Below are positions 29,302 to 64,000 of a stretch of DNA of 64,000 nucleotides, piece by piece. Under the pieces are notes generated by a model. It saw only the letters and a list, made by a program, of their open reading frames with translations. It had not been told where the DNA came from and did not search any database. Source of the DNA: Amoebidium appalachense (taxonomy: Eukaryota; Protista; Ichthyosporea); assembly GCA_963693365.1 (NCBI GenBank), contig CAVNZM010000002.1, forward strand, positions 248,001 through 312,000, in the 5' to 3' direction. Position 1 is the first letter of the stretch. Each line of letters opens with the position of its first letter. The translations under genes were made by a program, and so were the position numbers.

Positions 29302-30178
29302 GGGGAGTAGTCCATGGTGTTGGGAGGGGAAATACTTGAAGGCTGGGAACCAATCATACATGTGCACATAGTGTTATTATTCACGTATGTAGTGTGGCAG
29401 TGTGTATTGCCACGTGTTAATTTTAACCCCCAAATTAGAAGGTGATAAGTGTCACCGTAGCACTTTGAGAGATTTATAGTTAATAACCACCAATAGGATA
29501 CGGCCCATGTCAGGCGTCATCTTGCCTTTTACCCAGTCGTTGGTTTGTATTCTGATGAATAAACAATATATACAATAGAGCAAATTCCCATTAAAGCAAC
29601 GTGTACAAGAGAATAAATGCCCACATTACCCACAAGAGCCTCTAAATGCCCATGAGCTTTAAGCAAATAAATGGTGTGTGTGTGTACTGTACTGATGCGT
29701 GGATGTAACCGAACAGTAAGCGATCGAGTGGGTTGTGTGCGTGTGCGTGAGTGTGTGTGTGCACATGTGTGTGTGTGTGTGCGCGCGCCTCTTGCGCACA
29801 GTGTGTGTTGTGTAGGCACCGACAGCACTGAAATACTAAGTATTAAGCAAGCAAATTAGGCACACAAACTGAAGACTACGATACGGCTTATCATATACAA
29901 ACCCTGGGATAGCTTTGGAACTTCAATGTCCAATCACATCCATGTCCGGACACCCAGTGTTATCCCACACCCCTAAAGTCGGCTTTTCGTGGTGTGACGT
30001 CATAATCGAGGTAGGTGCAAACTTCTCAAGTGGCTTGGCCGTAAAGCAAACACAATGACTGGTGTTTATATCCATATATGGAATGACCATTCCTAGCCTA
30101 GCGCCATGCAAGGTGAATACCACACATGCTTTAAGATAGGCCAACACACTCATGTATCTTCCAGATGCTCCTAACCCC

Positions 30179-30510
30179 ACACCCTTAACCTTATAGATGC
30201 ACCTATCCTGACACCGTTAACCTTATAGATGCACCTATCCTGACACCGTTAACCTTATAGACGCACCTATCCTGACACCGTTAACCTTATAGACGCACCT
30301 ATCCTGACACCGTTAACCTTATAGATGCACCTATCCTGACACCGTTAACCCTATAGATGCACCTATCCTGACACCGTTAACCTTATAGATGCACCTAACC
30401 CGACACCCTTAACCTTATAGATGCACCTATCCTGACACCGTTAACCTTATAGATGCACCTATCCCGACACCCTTAACCTTGAAGATGCACCTAACCCGAC
30501 ACCCGTAACC
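30179..30510. repeat. 32-bp minisatellite, ~10 copies
   Basis: Unit ACACCGTTAACCTTATAGATGCACCTATCCTG at 30179, 30211, 30243 ... 30467, with decayed edge copies and no unique spacers. Confidence 0.96.
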
Positions 30511-30749
30511 TCCTACATAAATGCACAAACCTCAGCGATCTCTCACCCCGTCAAAAACCCAAATTTGTGGTTGCAGAGCCATTGATAGCCCATGCACATA
30601 TTGTCGGGTGGCTGCGCCTGTATGGTGGGGTGGGAGTGGGGGAGTGGGCCGGTAAGTGTCAGTGTGTGAGTATGTGGGTGGAATGCGTGCGAGTGGGTGA
30701 GCGTGCAAGGAGCGAGACAGGGGGGACGGGAGAGAGAGAGGGGGGGGGG

Positions 30750-30852
<103 letters not shown>

Positions 30853-30867
30853 TGGAGATATAGAAAG

Positions 30868-30903
<36 letters not shown>

Positions 30904-31628
30904 GTGTGTGTGTCTGTGTGTTTTTGAGTGGGCGAGAGAGAGGGGGGGGGGGGGGGGGGTAGACTATGCGCGTGTGTGCGTGTGCATGTGCGCTTGTGTG
31001 CGTGCATACGCTTGTGTGCGTATGCGAGTGCATGTGTGTGCCTACATAAAGTTGGTGTGTGCATTTCTACCCATCTTAATGTAGGAGTGTGTGTGTGTGG
31101 GGGTGTGTTTTTTTTTTTTTGTTTTTTTTTTGTGGTGGGGGGTGGGGGAAGGGGGGGGGGGGGGGGGGGGGGGACTTGCAGAACTCTTTAGAAAAATACG
31201 TCCGGGCCCCCCAAAATCAGCCCTTCCTTCTTGCCACTTGTCTATGTGATGACAAGTGCCGAACATCCCATAACCAGCCGTCACCTTCCCCCAGTCTAAC
31301 CACGTGCGCAGTTTGGTAATGAAAGGAAGGGGGGAGCAGGTGGAGGGTTGGTATATGCGGGAAGAAAGAATGGTGGGGGAAGAGGAGGGAGGGGGGGGGG
31401 GGGGGGGGAGGGGGGGGGGAGGGGGGGGGGGGGGGGGGGGGGGGGCAGAAGGGATCCAGATGATTGAGGGAAAGAAGAGGGAAAGGCACATATGCTACAT
31501 GCCAAAGATCAAGAGTGAGGAAGGGAGAGGAACGGAGGGAGGGAGGGAGGGAGGGAGAAGGGGGGGGGGGGGGGGGGGGGGATGTGTTGATGTGCATACC
31601 CATGCCTAGCCAAAGCTCTTCAGCCCTC

Positions 31629-33653
31629 TCACTGTCCCATCTGGTCCGAACTAGTGGCCCGGCTCTGTATGGCCACTTTCAGCTCCATAACCCTCTCCCT
31701 TTCCTCCTTTACATGGAGTCCAGATCTCACTACTACACACTCAAGCGAGATTTTGGGACACGTTGCAATGGCCGTCAAGTCCGTGTATGGAAATTTGTAC
31801 ACCCCTACATGGCAAAGGTTCGAGTGGCCCCTTAAAGGCTCGAGGTTGCGCAGTGACTGCAAACACCCCAATTCGAGTGTATCGATGGCCACTGCCCCTG
31901 CAGGAGCATCGATGTTTTCCAAATTGGGGCACCAACCTAATTTTACCGCCGTCAGCCTTGGTGCGTGCATGGGCACATGGCCGAGAGTGACCAGGTCGTC
32001 TAGTTTTTGGATTGTCAAAGTCTGCAGGTATGGGTGGTTGATTTCACACAGTGTGCTCCCGGACAAATATTCAAACTGCAAGGTGACTACGGAGGGCGGC
32101 ACTTGGACAGTCGCAACGTCCAGTTTCGGACACCTCGAAAACTTAACGTCTCGCAATTTGGTGCATTTCGAGATCATCCCGACATCGCGCAACACCCCGC
32201 ATTCGTGGCAACTTATCTTCCGCAGGTGCCTGTGCGTAAACTCGGCCGAAATGTGCGTTATTTCCTTGTTGCCTGTAATGATCAGGGTTTGAAGCAGCGG
32301 CATACCATCCAGCGAGATTGAAATATCGGGCCCCGGTAACCCCTCCCCGGATGGACCTCGGCAGCCGCTAATGTGGAGTTCGGTGAGTGCGGCACCCTGC
32401 AATAACCAGCCGGTGGGGAAGAAATAGACGCTGTTAAGGGAGAGGTCTCTCAACGCCGTGGCATTTCTAGCCAGGAATTCCGGTGGGGCTTGGTTCATAC
32501 CCGTTGCCTGGGGACTACTAACCGGAATAGAAGGTATCCGGGAATAGAAGGCAAACGATTCCAATCGCTCCGTTTCAGGGTCCGGGAACTCCCCGTGGAT
32601 GCTGTAACAATCGATGTCGATTTTTCTCAATTTCCGACACGGACCAATCACCGACACATCCACATTTGCCTCCACCCGAGCCCTGATCACCTCCAAATTA
32701 GGAAGGTACGGTACCGCTATCAATTTCCCTTTGAATCCGTCTCCCATTATGTACATGTCCGTGGTCACCGACAGACGTTTCAAATTTCCGCATGCCCCCA
32801 ACGGTCGTAGGTCGTACCCATCGGCAATGCCCGGTGTGATTTCGATCGCAATCTCCTCCAGGTTTGGGCACAGCCCGGGTATTGCCCTGAGAGTGGCAAC
32901 ATCAAGGGGCAACATCAAGGCGAGATAGATAGCACCGAAATTTCTTCAGGGTTGGGTTCCGGCGCAAAGTCAGTTAGTCCCAAATGCCGATAGAAGAAAC
33001 CAGAAAAAAAATTCCAAGGTGGCACATCGGTCCCACACCCTCCGGAATATTTCTTTGTGCGTTTCCGGCATGACCCTGGCATCGACAACAGCGGCTTTCA
33101 GTCTGTCCTCGACCGATTCGAGTGCCGTGCCCAAAAGGCCACTCACCAAATCCACATCAGCCGTTTCCAACTCTCTGTCCAGTGCTATCTCCAAAGTAGT
33201 CACGTTTGGGAGGTCGGCAATTTCGCAGGCAAACCGCCGTGCCAGGTCTCGATGCGTGTCACTCCTCCGCACCCAGATGCCTCCTACTCTCAATCTGACT
33301 GTTCCGATGGCCGCGTGCCATGGTTTCATGTTGCTCAGGTCGCACACCACACCGCCTACCACACGCGTCTCCAAAAAACTGATTTTCTTAAACTCTTCAT
33401 GGACAGCGGAGATTTTAATCATATCGGCTTGGGGTGACCGTGCCAGGGTACAGCACCGGCGGCACACGAGGGAAAGGCCAAGCGGCTGCTACGGGGCAAA
33501 TAGCACAAAATGTGGAAGAGAAGCTCGTTGGGAAGGCCGAGGAGGAGGGCACCTGGGGGGGCAAACAGTAACGTCAACAAATGTGATGGTAGAGACCTAT
33601 GGGTCGGCTGGGTGGCAGTTGGGTGTAGGTTGGAATGGTATTATCAAGCAGTG

Positions 33654-33707
<54 letters not shown>

Positions 33708-33916
33708 CATGCATGTGTGCGTGCGTGCATGTGCGCGCGTGTATGTGTACACGCGCACGCGTGTGTGTGCATGCTTGGCTGCGTGTGCTAGTGTATTTGT
33801 GCCCGTGTGCATCTTTATGTGTTTGCAAGCAACCATGCATGCATGTATCATCGACCCAGCAGAGTTGGTTTTCAAAGCACCTTTCGTGCATGCCTAGTGC
33901 TGAGAGGAAGGAGGGT

Positions 33917-33961
<45 letters not shown>

Positions 33962-34284
33962 GAGGGGGGGAGGGGGGTCTGTGGGTGTGTGCAGAAGAAT
34001 GGAGCTGAAGGTAAGCGAGGATTATATGAACATACAACAAAACCCCTGCTGCATTCTTACGTATTGCTGAAACGACAGAAAGGTGTGGAAGGGGGGAGGG
34101 AGGGAAAACATACAGAGTACGAGGTACGCATACACGGCAGAAAACTTACAAAACTTGCAGAGCACACAAGGAGTATGCATGGTGGGTTCAATGTGCTACA
34201 GAGTACAAAGCATACATTCATGACGGACAGCATACAATCCACAAACGAGGATTATGCATTATCAGAAGAGCTTATTCGGGCGTC

Positions 34285-34356
<72 letters not shown>

Positions 34357-34541
34357 TGTGTGTGTTTGTGCGTGGGTTTTTTTTTTTTTTTTTTTAATGG
34401 TTGTTGGGGTGGGGGGGGGGGGGGGGGGGGGGGGGGGGCCAAGAGTCAGAGAAAAAACCTAGGTAGAGAGCCGGAAGGAAGGGGCGAGGCTGATGGAGAC
34501 GAGAAAGGGAGCAAGGGGAGCGGGGGGAGGGGGGGGGGGGG

Positions 34542-34579
<38 letters not shown>

Positions 34580-34667
34580 GAAGAGGGAGGGAGAGAGGGA
34601 GGGAGGGAGGGAGGGAGGGAGGGGGAGAGAGAGAGAGAGAAGGAGAGAGAGAGAGAGAGCGAGAGAG

Positions 34668-34755
<88 letters not shown>

Positions 34756-35637
34756 CGAGAGAGCGGAGGTGAGATAGGAAGGGGGGGGGGGGGGGGGAGG
34801 GAGAGAGAGAGGGAGAGGGAGAGAGAGGGGGAGGGAGGGAGGGAGGGAGGGAGGGAGGGAAGGAGGGAGAAAGGGAAGGAGGGAGGTTGGAGAAAGAGAG
34901 AGAGAAGGGGAGGGAGAGAGGGAGAGAGGGAGGGGGGGAGGGAGAAAGGGAAGGAGGGAGGGGGGGGGGGAGAGAGAGAGAAAGAGAAAGACGGAGAGAG
35001 AGAGAGAGAGAGAGAGAGCTCTAAGAGAGAAGAGAGAGAGAGACCCGAAGGAGAGAGCACGGTGTGAGAGAACGGCAGAGGAAGGGAGAATGGGAGGAAA
35101 AATGAGCGAAATGGAGGAAAGGAAAAGGATAAATAGACGGAATAGGCAGCGAGGGAGGGTTGAGGGGAGAGAGGCGGCGAGGCGGGGAGGAGAAAGGTGG
35201 GGGAGGGGAGGGGGGAGGGAAAGGAGTGGAGGGTGAGAGGAACGTAGTAAAAAGAACAGAGAGTCTCTAAGACGGGGAGAGAGAGCGCGGGAAGGACAGG
35301 AGAGGAAGGACGGAGGGACGGAGGGAGTGAGAGGGAGGGAGAGAAGGTAGGGAGAGAAAGGTGTGCCTAAAACCAGTGCCGACGAAGACCATGTCGATTA
35401 CTCATTGCATTTGCCGGATGAGCTAAGCAAGGAAGCAACAATCAACACGGTGAAGAAACCACGTGTAAACGTACTGCAGATGCTCTAGAGAAGCCACCCA
35501 CGCCACTAACCCATCTTCTTTCAGGCCCACAGAACGCAACCAAACCTGTTTGCTCCACCAGAGGGTTAACACGTACCTTGGGTGGCTGTGATTGGGGCTG
35601 GCACCAAGACACCACCCTGGCTGCCTCTGGCCTCCAT
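31629..35637 (-). pseudogene. F-box/leucine-rich-repeat protein gene, disrupted (3' ~428 codons still open)
   Basis: Putative exon 1 is 35637-35577 (MEARGSQGGVLVPAPITATQ, donor CAAG|GTACGT, phase 1). It joins acceptor CCCCCAG| at 33552 into the F-box [37 protein letters not shown], followed by LRRs (CPNLEEI, ACGNLKRL, PCRKLRKI, KCTKLRDVKFSRCPKL, WCPNLENI). Lesions: a 1-nt loss at ~33472, a frameshift in the A8 run 33004-33011, TAA at 32976-32974, and a 13-bp tandem duplication at 32895-32920. Confidence 0.78.
34440..35360. repeat. Purine-rich (GA)n/(GGGA)n low-complexity tract
   Basis: ~0.9 kb that is almost entirely G/A on the plus strand, inside the F-box gene intron. Confidence 0.9.
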
Positions 35638-36656
35638 GGAGGAAAATGTGGATAGTAACTGAAGTAGACAAGGATATGGCAACTATGGCGCCTACACACG
35701 GAACAAAGGTGTACGTGAGACACTTAGGCCAGCGCCATGGATGTGAACACCCAAGCAGTGGTGCACCTAACCACTAGTTGGTGTTCCAGCACGTTATATG
35801 CAAGTCGGAGTGCTTGTTTGCACAGGCTATACCTATGGTTCAGTGCTTATGGAGCGTACCTACACTACGTCACCAACACACACTAATAAGCCGGTTTTCT
35901 GAGCTGATAAATTAGCGCGCAATGAAGAGGATACTCGAAAAAAAACGATAAAGAAAGGACGACAGCTGAAAACGAAAAGAAAAGAAAAGACGGACCATTG
36001 AAACGAACACAGAAGTGCATTAAGTACAGTACCTGTACCGCTCGTCTTGGTGACCGTTTGGTGAGTGCCTCCCAGGTGGTGACCGGTGGGATAAATGCAA
36101 CCGTGATATATCACCAATCAAGTGATGTTTAACCCAAATGAAAATCATAGCCAAATGATGGCCCAAATCCGACAGAGTCGATCAAGTGGCTCGAGTGACG
36201 TCTCCTGCCTCATTGTTCATACAACCATAACCACGCCACGCCCAGCCTACTTTTTGGACAGCCACGGGCAACTTATTCTAATACTATGCATAATATTTTT
36301 CCTATGTCAACTGAGCGTTACAAGACTGATTAGGAGACCGTGGCAGACTCCTGAGCTTTTGGCCAATCAGCAAGTGCTTTAGTGAGCCACAAACGGCCGG
36401 TTCTTGGTAGCGCTTGATTGGTAATTGAAGAATAAATAGCCATATATGACTATTACAAATGCAAAAAAAAAAAAAAAAAAAAAAAAATGTCGAAGCTTCA
36501 GCCTACCAGTGGTGTACGCACCTGTGCGTGGAACCACACTATTAGTGTACATTCAAACCACCGTCTATTGTTTCACACAACACACACACGTGCTCACCCA
36601 CGCACCTGCCGTCGCAGGCACCTCACATCCTTTAATACAGTATTGGGGGCTGACGT
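35638..36656. promoter_or_regulatory. Probable divergent promoter region (F-box/LRR and M13 peptidase genes)
   Basis: ~1-kb microsatellite-poor interval between two outward-facing start codons. CCAAT boxes at 36114, 36363 and 36417 (ATTGG), and TGACGTC at ~36196. Confidence 0.5.
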
Positions 36657-36689
36657 ATGTCGCAGTTGCGGCACCGCACGCCGGCGAAA

Positions 36690-54276
<17,587 letters not shown>

Positions 54277-54295
54277 TGGGGAGAGAGAGGGCGGG

Positions 54296-54329
<34 letters not shown>

Positions 54330-55716
54330 GGAAGTTTTAACAAAAGAAAACGTAACGGACACAGTCAGAGCGCAAACCAACATAGTGCCTCGATGTTTTA
54401 TTGCGCACCCAGGGTGTATTGTATTCATACACGTGGCATGAAATTCTGAATGTCTGCTGGTTTCAGCAGTGGCAACCACAAGAGCAATATTTGCACTGAC
54501 AAGAAGTGATCACAAGGTTTGTATATAGCTAATTCAACTCATGAATATATGTATGCCCTCAATACTTTTATGCCTAGCCTCATAATCCGGATAGTTATGC
54601 AAATGGCATCCCCTAACTAATATTAGGGGTCAGCTGCATTAGGCCATTTGTGGCCACAGCATACCAAAAATATTGCTGAAGGCTTACGGGGTCCCACTAA
54701 ACAAGGTTTGTCTTGTTTATATGACAAAAGTGTCTGTATTCTTATGCACTGTAGCTAATAAATGCCGCAACCACACGTACGTGAGCGACATACCTGAACA
54801 GAGCAGTAACTTTGATGGTCAAAATGTAAATAAAAAAATGAGATGATATACCTTTCGGCACGAGGCTAGCTATAGGTCTTACTCCCGCAAACCTCCTCGA
54901 TTTCTCCTTTTCTCTCGTCCTGGAAGGCAAGGTTTCATGTTCAGAAGGTTGAGGGAGACCATGGCTGGTACTCGGGATGGTGACGGTGTGCAGGTGCACC
55001 GCTGCATGTGTGGTGTGACACTGTGTGCCTGCACGCGAGTGACGCTGTGTGCGTTTGCGTGTTTGGGGACGAGAAAGAGCTCGAGGAGGGAGCCTGAAGG
55101 GGGCTCCCCATGACCAGGCGCCGGAAGGGGGGGGGGGGGGGGGGGGGGGAAGGGGAGGAGGGGAGGGGCTGCAGCGGCTAAGATATGCACCTGTTTATAA
55201 TAAAATGAAATCTGTCGGCACGAATAATGCCTGTGCGCACATGTACATTACACGTGTGAACAGGTGCACATCGCCACACTGGCATGTACACATACACACA
55301 TGAACACTCCCCCCTTCACACATCACGAGCACTCCCCCCTTTCCCCCTCCCCCTTCTCCCCCTCTTCCCCCCCCATGGCCACACGGTGTCCCCCCACCCC
55401 TCTGTGGGCCTAGACCCTGGCACACACCTAGACCTACGCAAACAACATGAATATATGCATTTCCTTGAAAAAGCATTTTTACAGAGCACATCACAACTTC
55501 CCCGCACTCACGCATATGCATCCACTCACCCTCACTCATGCTACACACATCACACCACATGCACTGCGACACAACCCACTAATTGCCGTTGAACAGGCAA
55601 CCGAAAAACGCTCAAAGCACCTCTTGATAACACATGCACTTGGCCGATAGATCTCCATTCATTCATTCATTCAGTTGACCATTCGGATGACCGGCATCCA
55701 CATTGCATCCACCCAT

Positions 55717-55750
<34 letters not shown>

Positions 55751-56422
55751 CCCTTTCGAGCTCACAATCCACAGGGTACTCTATCTCACACAAGCACATT
55801 CGGTTTGAAAATGCATAATTACTTCGTTGCAGGCTCGCAGGGAAACATTACTCATGCGCCAATATCGATAGGCAGTGTGCACGGGAAGTATGTGGATGAT
55901 ACTAGAAAGCATTGAAACAAATGTGTGTGTTACAAGACATTCAGTAGATTAGATAATATAGCATTACTCAAACACATGTCAACGATGTTGTGTGGGTGTT
56001 TGTGTGACAGTATGTACATGTTGTGTGTGTAAGCAGATGTTTTGTGTGTACGTTGTGTGTGGATGTGAATGTTGCGTGTATGCTGGTGTGTGGGGCTCTA
56101 TGGTAATGTGCGTGTGGAGGTATATCCTAGCACTCAAACGTGAGTAGTTTGTGCATATGTAACGGGATTTGGTAACGCATAAACAAAGTGTGGGAGGGAG
56201 GCAGGGAGGGGGGAGGGGGAGGGGGGAGAAGGGGGGAACTATTACTAATAGCGCTAAAGCTACACCCTATGAAGATCCCCCCTCCCCCCTCCCTCCCCCC
56301 CCCCCCCCCCCCAACCCCCCCCGATACCCCCTCCACTCCTATCACAAGGGGACAAAAATAAAAAATACAGGGCCTTTTGAAATTTTTGATACTTGGAATC
56401 AACAAAAAAATGAACAGGCGGC

Positions 56423-62188
<5,766 letters not shown>

Positions 62189-62380
62189 GTTGGTAAGTCT
62201 CTGTGTGCTTGCCTACGTGTTTGTTACCAAGGCGGAACCCTATGAAAAGGCCGGCCCGAGGGTACCGGAGGAAGGGGAAGGCGTAGCGTTCAGTGGGTGA
62301 GTGGGGTTGGCAGTAGTCAGGTAAACCCTCCACAGTGCCCGTGGGTAACGAGTATGTGCTGGGCTGCTGGGTTCGTGACA

Positions 62381-62587
62381 CTTATATAAGCCTCCGTGAG
62401 GACTATGCAGTCGTTGCACAGGTATCGGCGCTAACAGAGGTTCTTAGATGGTAACACCGTGTTAGAAGGGCCCACCGTGAAGAAGAGCCCTTCCGAAGGA
62501 AATTTTGGCTTCACTGACTCGGGAGGACGCCTATTTCGCGCCAAAACCTGGGCGTAAACCAATCAACTCTGCTACAGTGACGTCACT
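62381..62587 (-). promoter_or_regulatory. APC10 upstream module: TATA-like, double E2F site, CCAAT, CRE
   Basis: CTTATATAAG 62381-62390; TTTCGCGCCAAA 62534-62545; CCAAT 62559-62563; AGTGACGTCACT palindrome 62576-62587. Confidence 0.6.
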
Positions 62588-63560
62588 CAGCCGGCCGGGT
62601 TTCGCTTCTTCTTTTTTCTTTTTTTTTTGCCCCAACTTTTCAACGGACCGGACGGAGGGGGACAGGGAGAGTCACTGAACACCTGCCTCTCAGGCTGCAC
62701 TTGAAAAATAGCGGCAGAATTAGTTCTCTTCTTGCGGCGGCTGCAAAGCACAGGTTGGACGTGGCAGGGCCAGCGCACGGGCAGGCTTGCACTCAGGCCA
62801 TATTCCTATTTTCAAGTTTAGTTGTTCAAGTTATATTACAAAGGTGTGTGCAGGGCAAGACGAAGAGCTACACACACGCGTGAGAATAAAGAAAATGGTG
62901 CCACGGCTAAGACCGCAGGCTACTACACTTGTTGGAATTCTTCTTGATTTTGCACACACGTGCACCAACTTGAGGCACCGGTGTGTCGGCCTGTGGCACG
63001 GTTGGCGGTACCTGTGACTCGTGTGTGGGTGGGGAAGAACTTTGGGGGAGGGAGGGGGGAGGAGGAAGAGGGGGGAGGGGGGAGGGGGGGGGGGGGGGGG
63101 GAGCTCGAGGATGTGCAAGGGGAGGGGGAGCATATGCCACCCAGTACAGCAGGCTGCCATCAAATACACCGAGACTAACCACGTTTTTATTGCCAAGGAC
63201 TTTTTCCTCGACCCTGTCCCCCATCTGGTATTTTAACATCAGGTTAGGTGGTATAGCACTAGTCTGTCGTCAGACTTGCTGTAATTTTCTGCACACAACC
63301 AACAGCTACCATCGCAACTACTGCGGTAAGTGTTCACTCATCGGGGCGTGGCATTTGAAACTTAGTGCTGAAAATCGTTTAACATTATGTGCCACAGGCT
63401 GAGCTATGATTTTAACTATTTCTATTACTCGACCATAAATATCAAGTTTCGATACGTGTACCCAAACAAGTTGTATACATTAACTTGTTACCCAGCAGTG
63501 CCCCGCTTTAAAAAACAACTCTTCACTCACCACCCTTTACATGTTCACCACACAGACCAC

Positions 63561-64000
63561 TCAGCGCCTTTCCTGCAACGTGTGTGACGACTCAGTGATG
63601 GTGTCAATGGCATCGGCCTCCAGCTCACCCCCAAACGATTCGTACTCCTTCTGAATCTTTTGCTGTCTTCTCTTCTCCGAGCGTGTTATGAACCACACAA
63701 TACCGAGTAGCGCAGCCGCACCCGCCAGTGACCCGCAGACAATAGCCGCCAAGTGGCCGCCTTCGTTGGGCTGCCCCGTGTATGCCTCGTTTGGTGCCTG
63801 TGACGTGGTGGCGGCTGAGCTCAGCTCAGCAGGTGCCGTGGCCCCCGCCTGCTCCGTGTGTGCAGCCACCGTGCTCGGTGTGGCCTCCTCCGCCACGGCC
63901 GAGCCCTCTCCGGCCGCCTCACCCACTGCCGTTGCTGCTGGGGCTGCTTCCGAGGGTGCCGCTGCCGCGGGCGTCTCAGCAGGGGCTGCAGGTGCCGCCC
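63561..64000 (-). CDS. C-terminus of a type I single-pass membrane protein (5'-partial)
   Basis: The frame is open from the window edge. It encodes an Ala/Glu/Pro/Thr/Ser-rich stalk, a hydrophobic helix LAAIVCGSLAGAAALLGIVWFI, a basic stop-transfer RSEKRR, and a short tail with the YxxPhi motif YESF. The stop is at 63563-63561. Confidence 0.72.
   Translation of the reverse strand, partial: AAPAAPAETPAAAAPSEAAPAATAVGEAAGEGSAVAEEATPSTVAAHTEQAGATAPAELSSAATTSQAPNEAYTGQPNEGGHLAAIVCGSLAGAAALLGIVWFITRSEKRRQQKIQKEYESFGGELEADAIDTITESSHTLQERR

Noticed and set aside
30179-30510. CRISPR-like array (32-bp period); likewise the 41-bp array at 16499
   Set aside because: Head-to-tail repeats with no unique spacers, no cas genes, and a eukaryotic context.
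32944-33000. 57-bp GT-AG intron with GACTAAC that would rescue the F-box gene
   Set aside because: Splicing it creates an in-frame TGA at the junction. The frameshift plus 13-bp duplication model restores a better LRR.
35378-35402. Minimal hammerhead-like CCGACGAAGACCATGTCGATTAC
   Set aside because: The catalytic core deviates from CUGANGA...GAAA at several positions and no flanking helices were found.
62700-63402. Short plus-strand ORFs that might form a gene divergent from APC10
   Set aside because: No recognisable domain and no consistent splice chain.

Overview
Eukaryotic nuclear DNA with many spliceosomal introns packed with (CA/TG)n, (GA)n and poly-C/G tracts. Nearly all ORFs in the supplied track are repeat artefacts. 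The gene content would fit a unicellular opisthokont or other protist, but that is inference only. I assembled exons by hand (GT/GC-AG, phase-consistent) into six genes: (1) a FAD2-type delta-12/omega-6 fatty acid desaturase (minus, 3' end not resolved); (2) an 18-exon, ~835-aa CD36/LIMP-2-family protein; (3) a two-exon F-box/LRR gene with four clustered lesions (minus); (4) a 19-exon M13 neprilysin/ECE-like peptidase; (5) an 8-exon APC10/DOC1 (minus); (6) the 3' end of a type I membrane protein (minus). Mobile DNA comprises a tandem Helitron remnant with a Rep fragment, a PIF/Harbinger-type element nested in it, and a small MITE-like element carrying CCAAT repeats inside APC10. The most interesting signals are a strand-specific intron architecture in which (CA)n replaces the polypyrimidine tract at about 14 acceptors, a minisatellite that copies a 5' splice site five times, and an E2F/CCAAT/CRE module upstream of APC10. 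No prokaryotic systems, CRISPR arrays or convincing RNA genes were seen. Homopolymer lengths may partly reflect long-read error.
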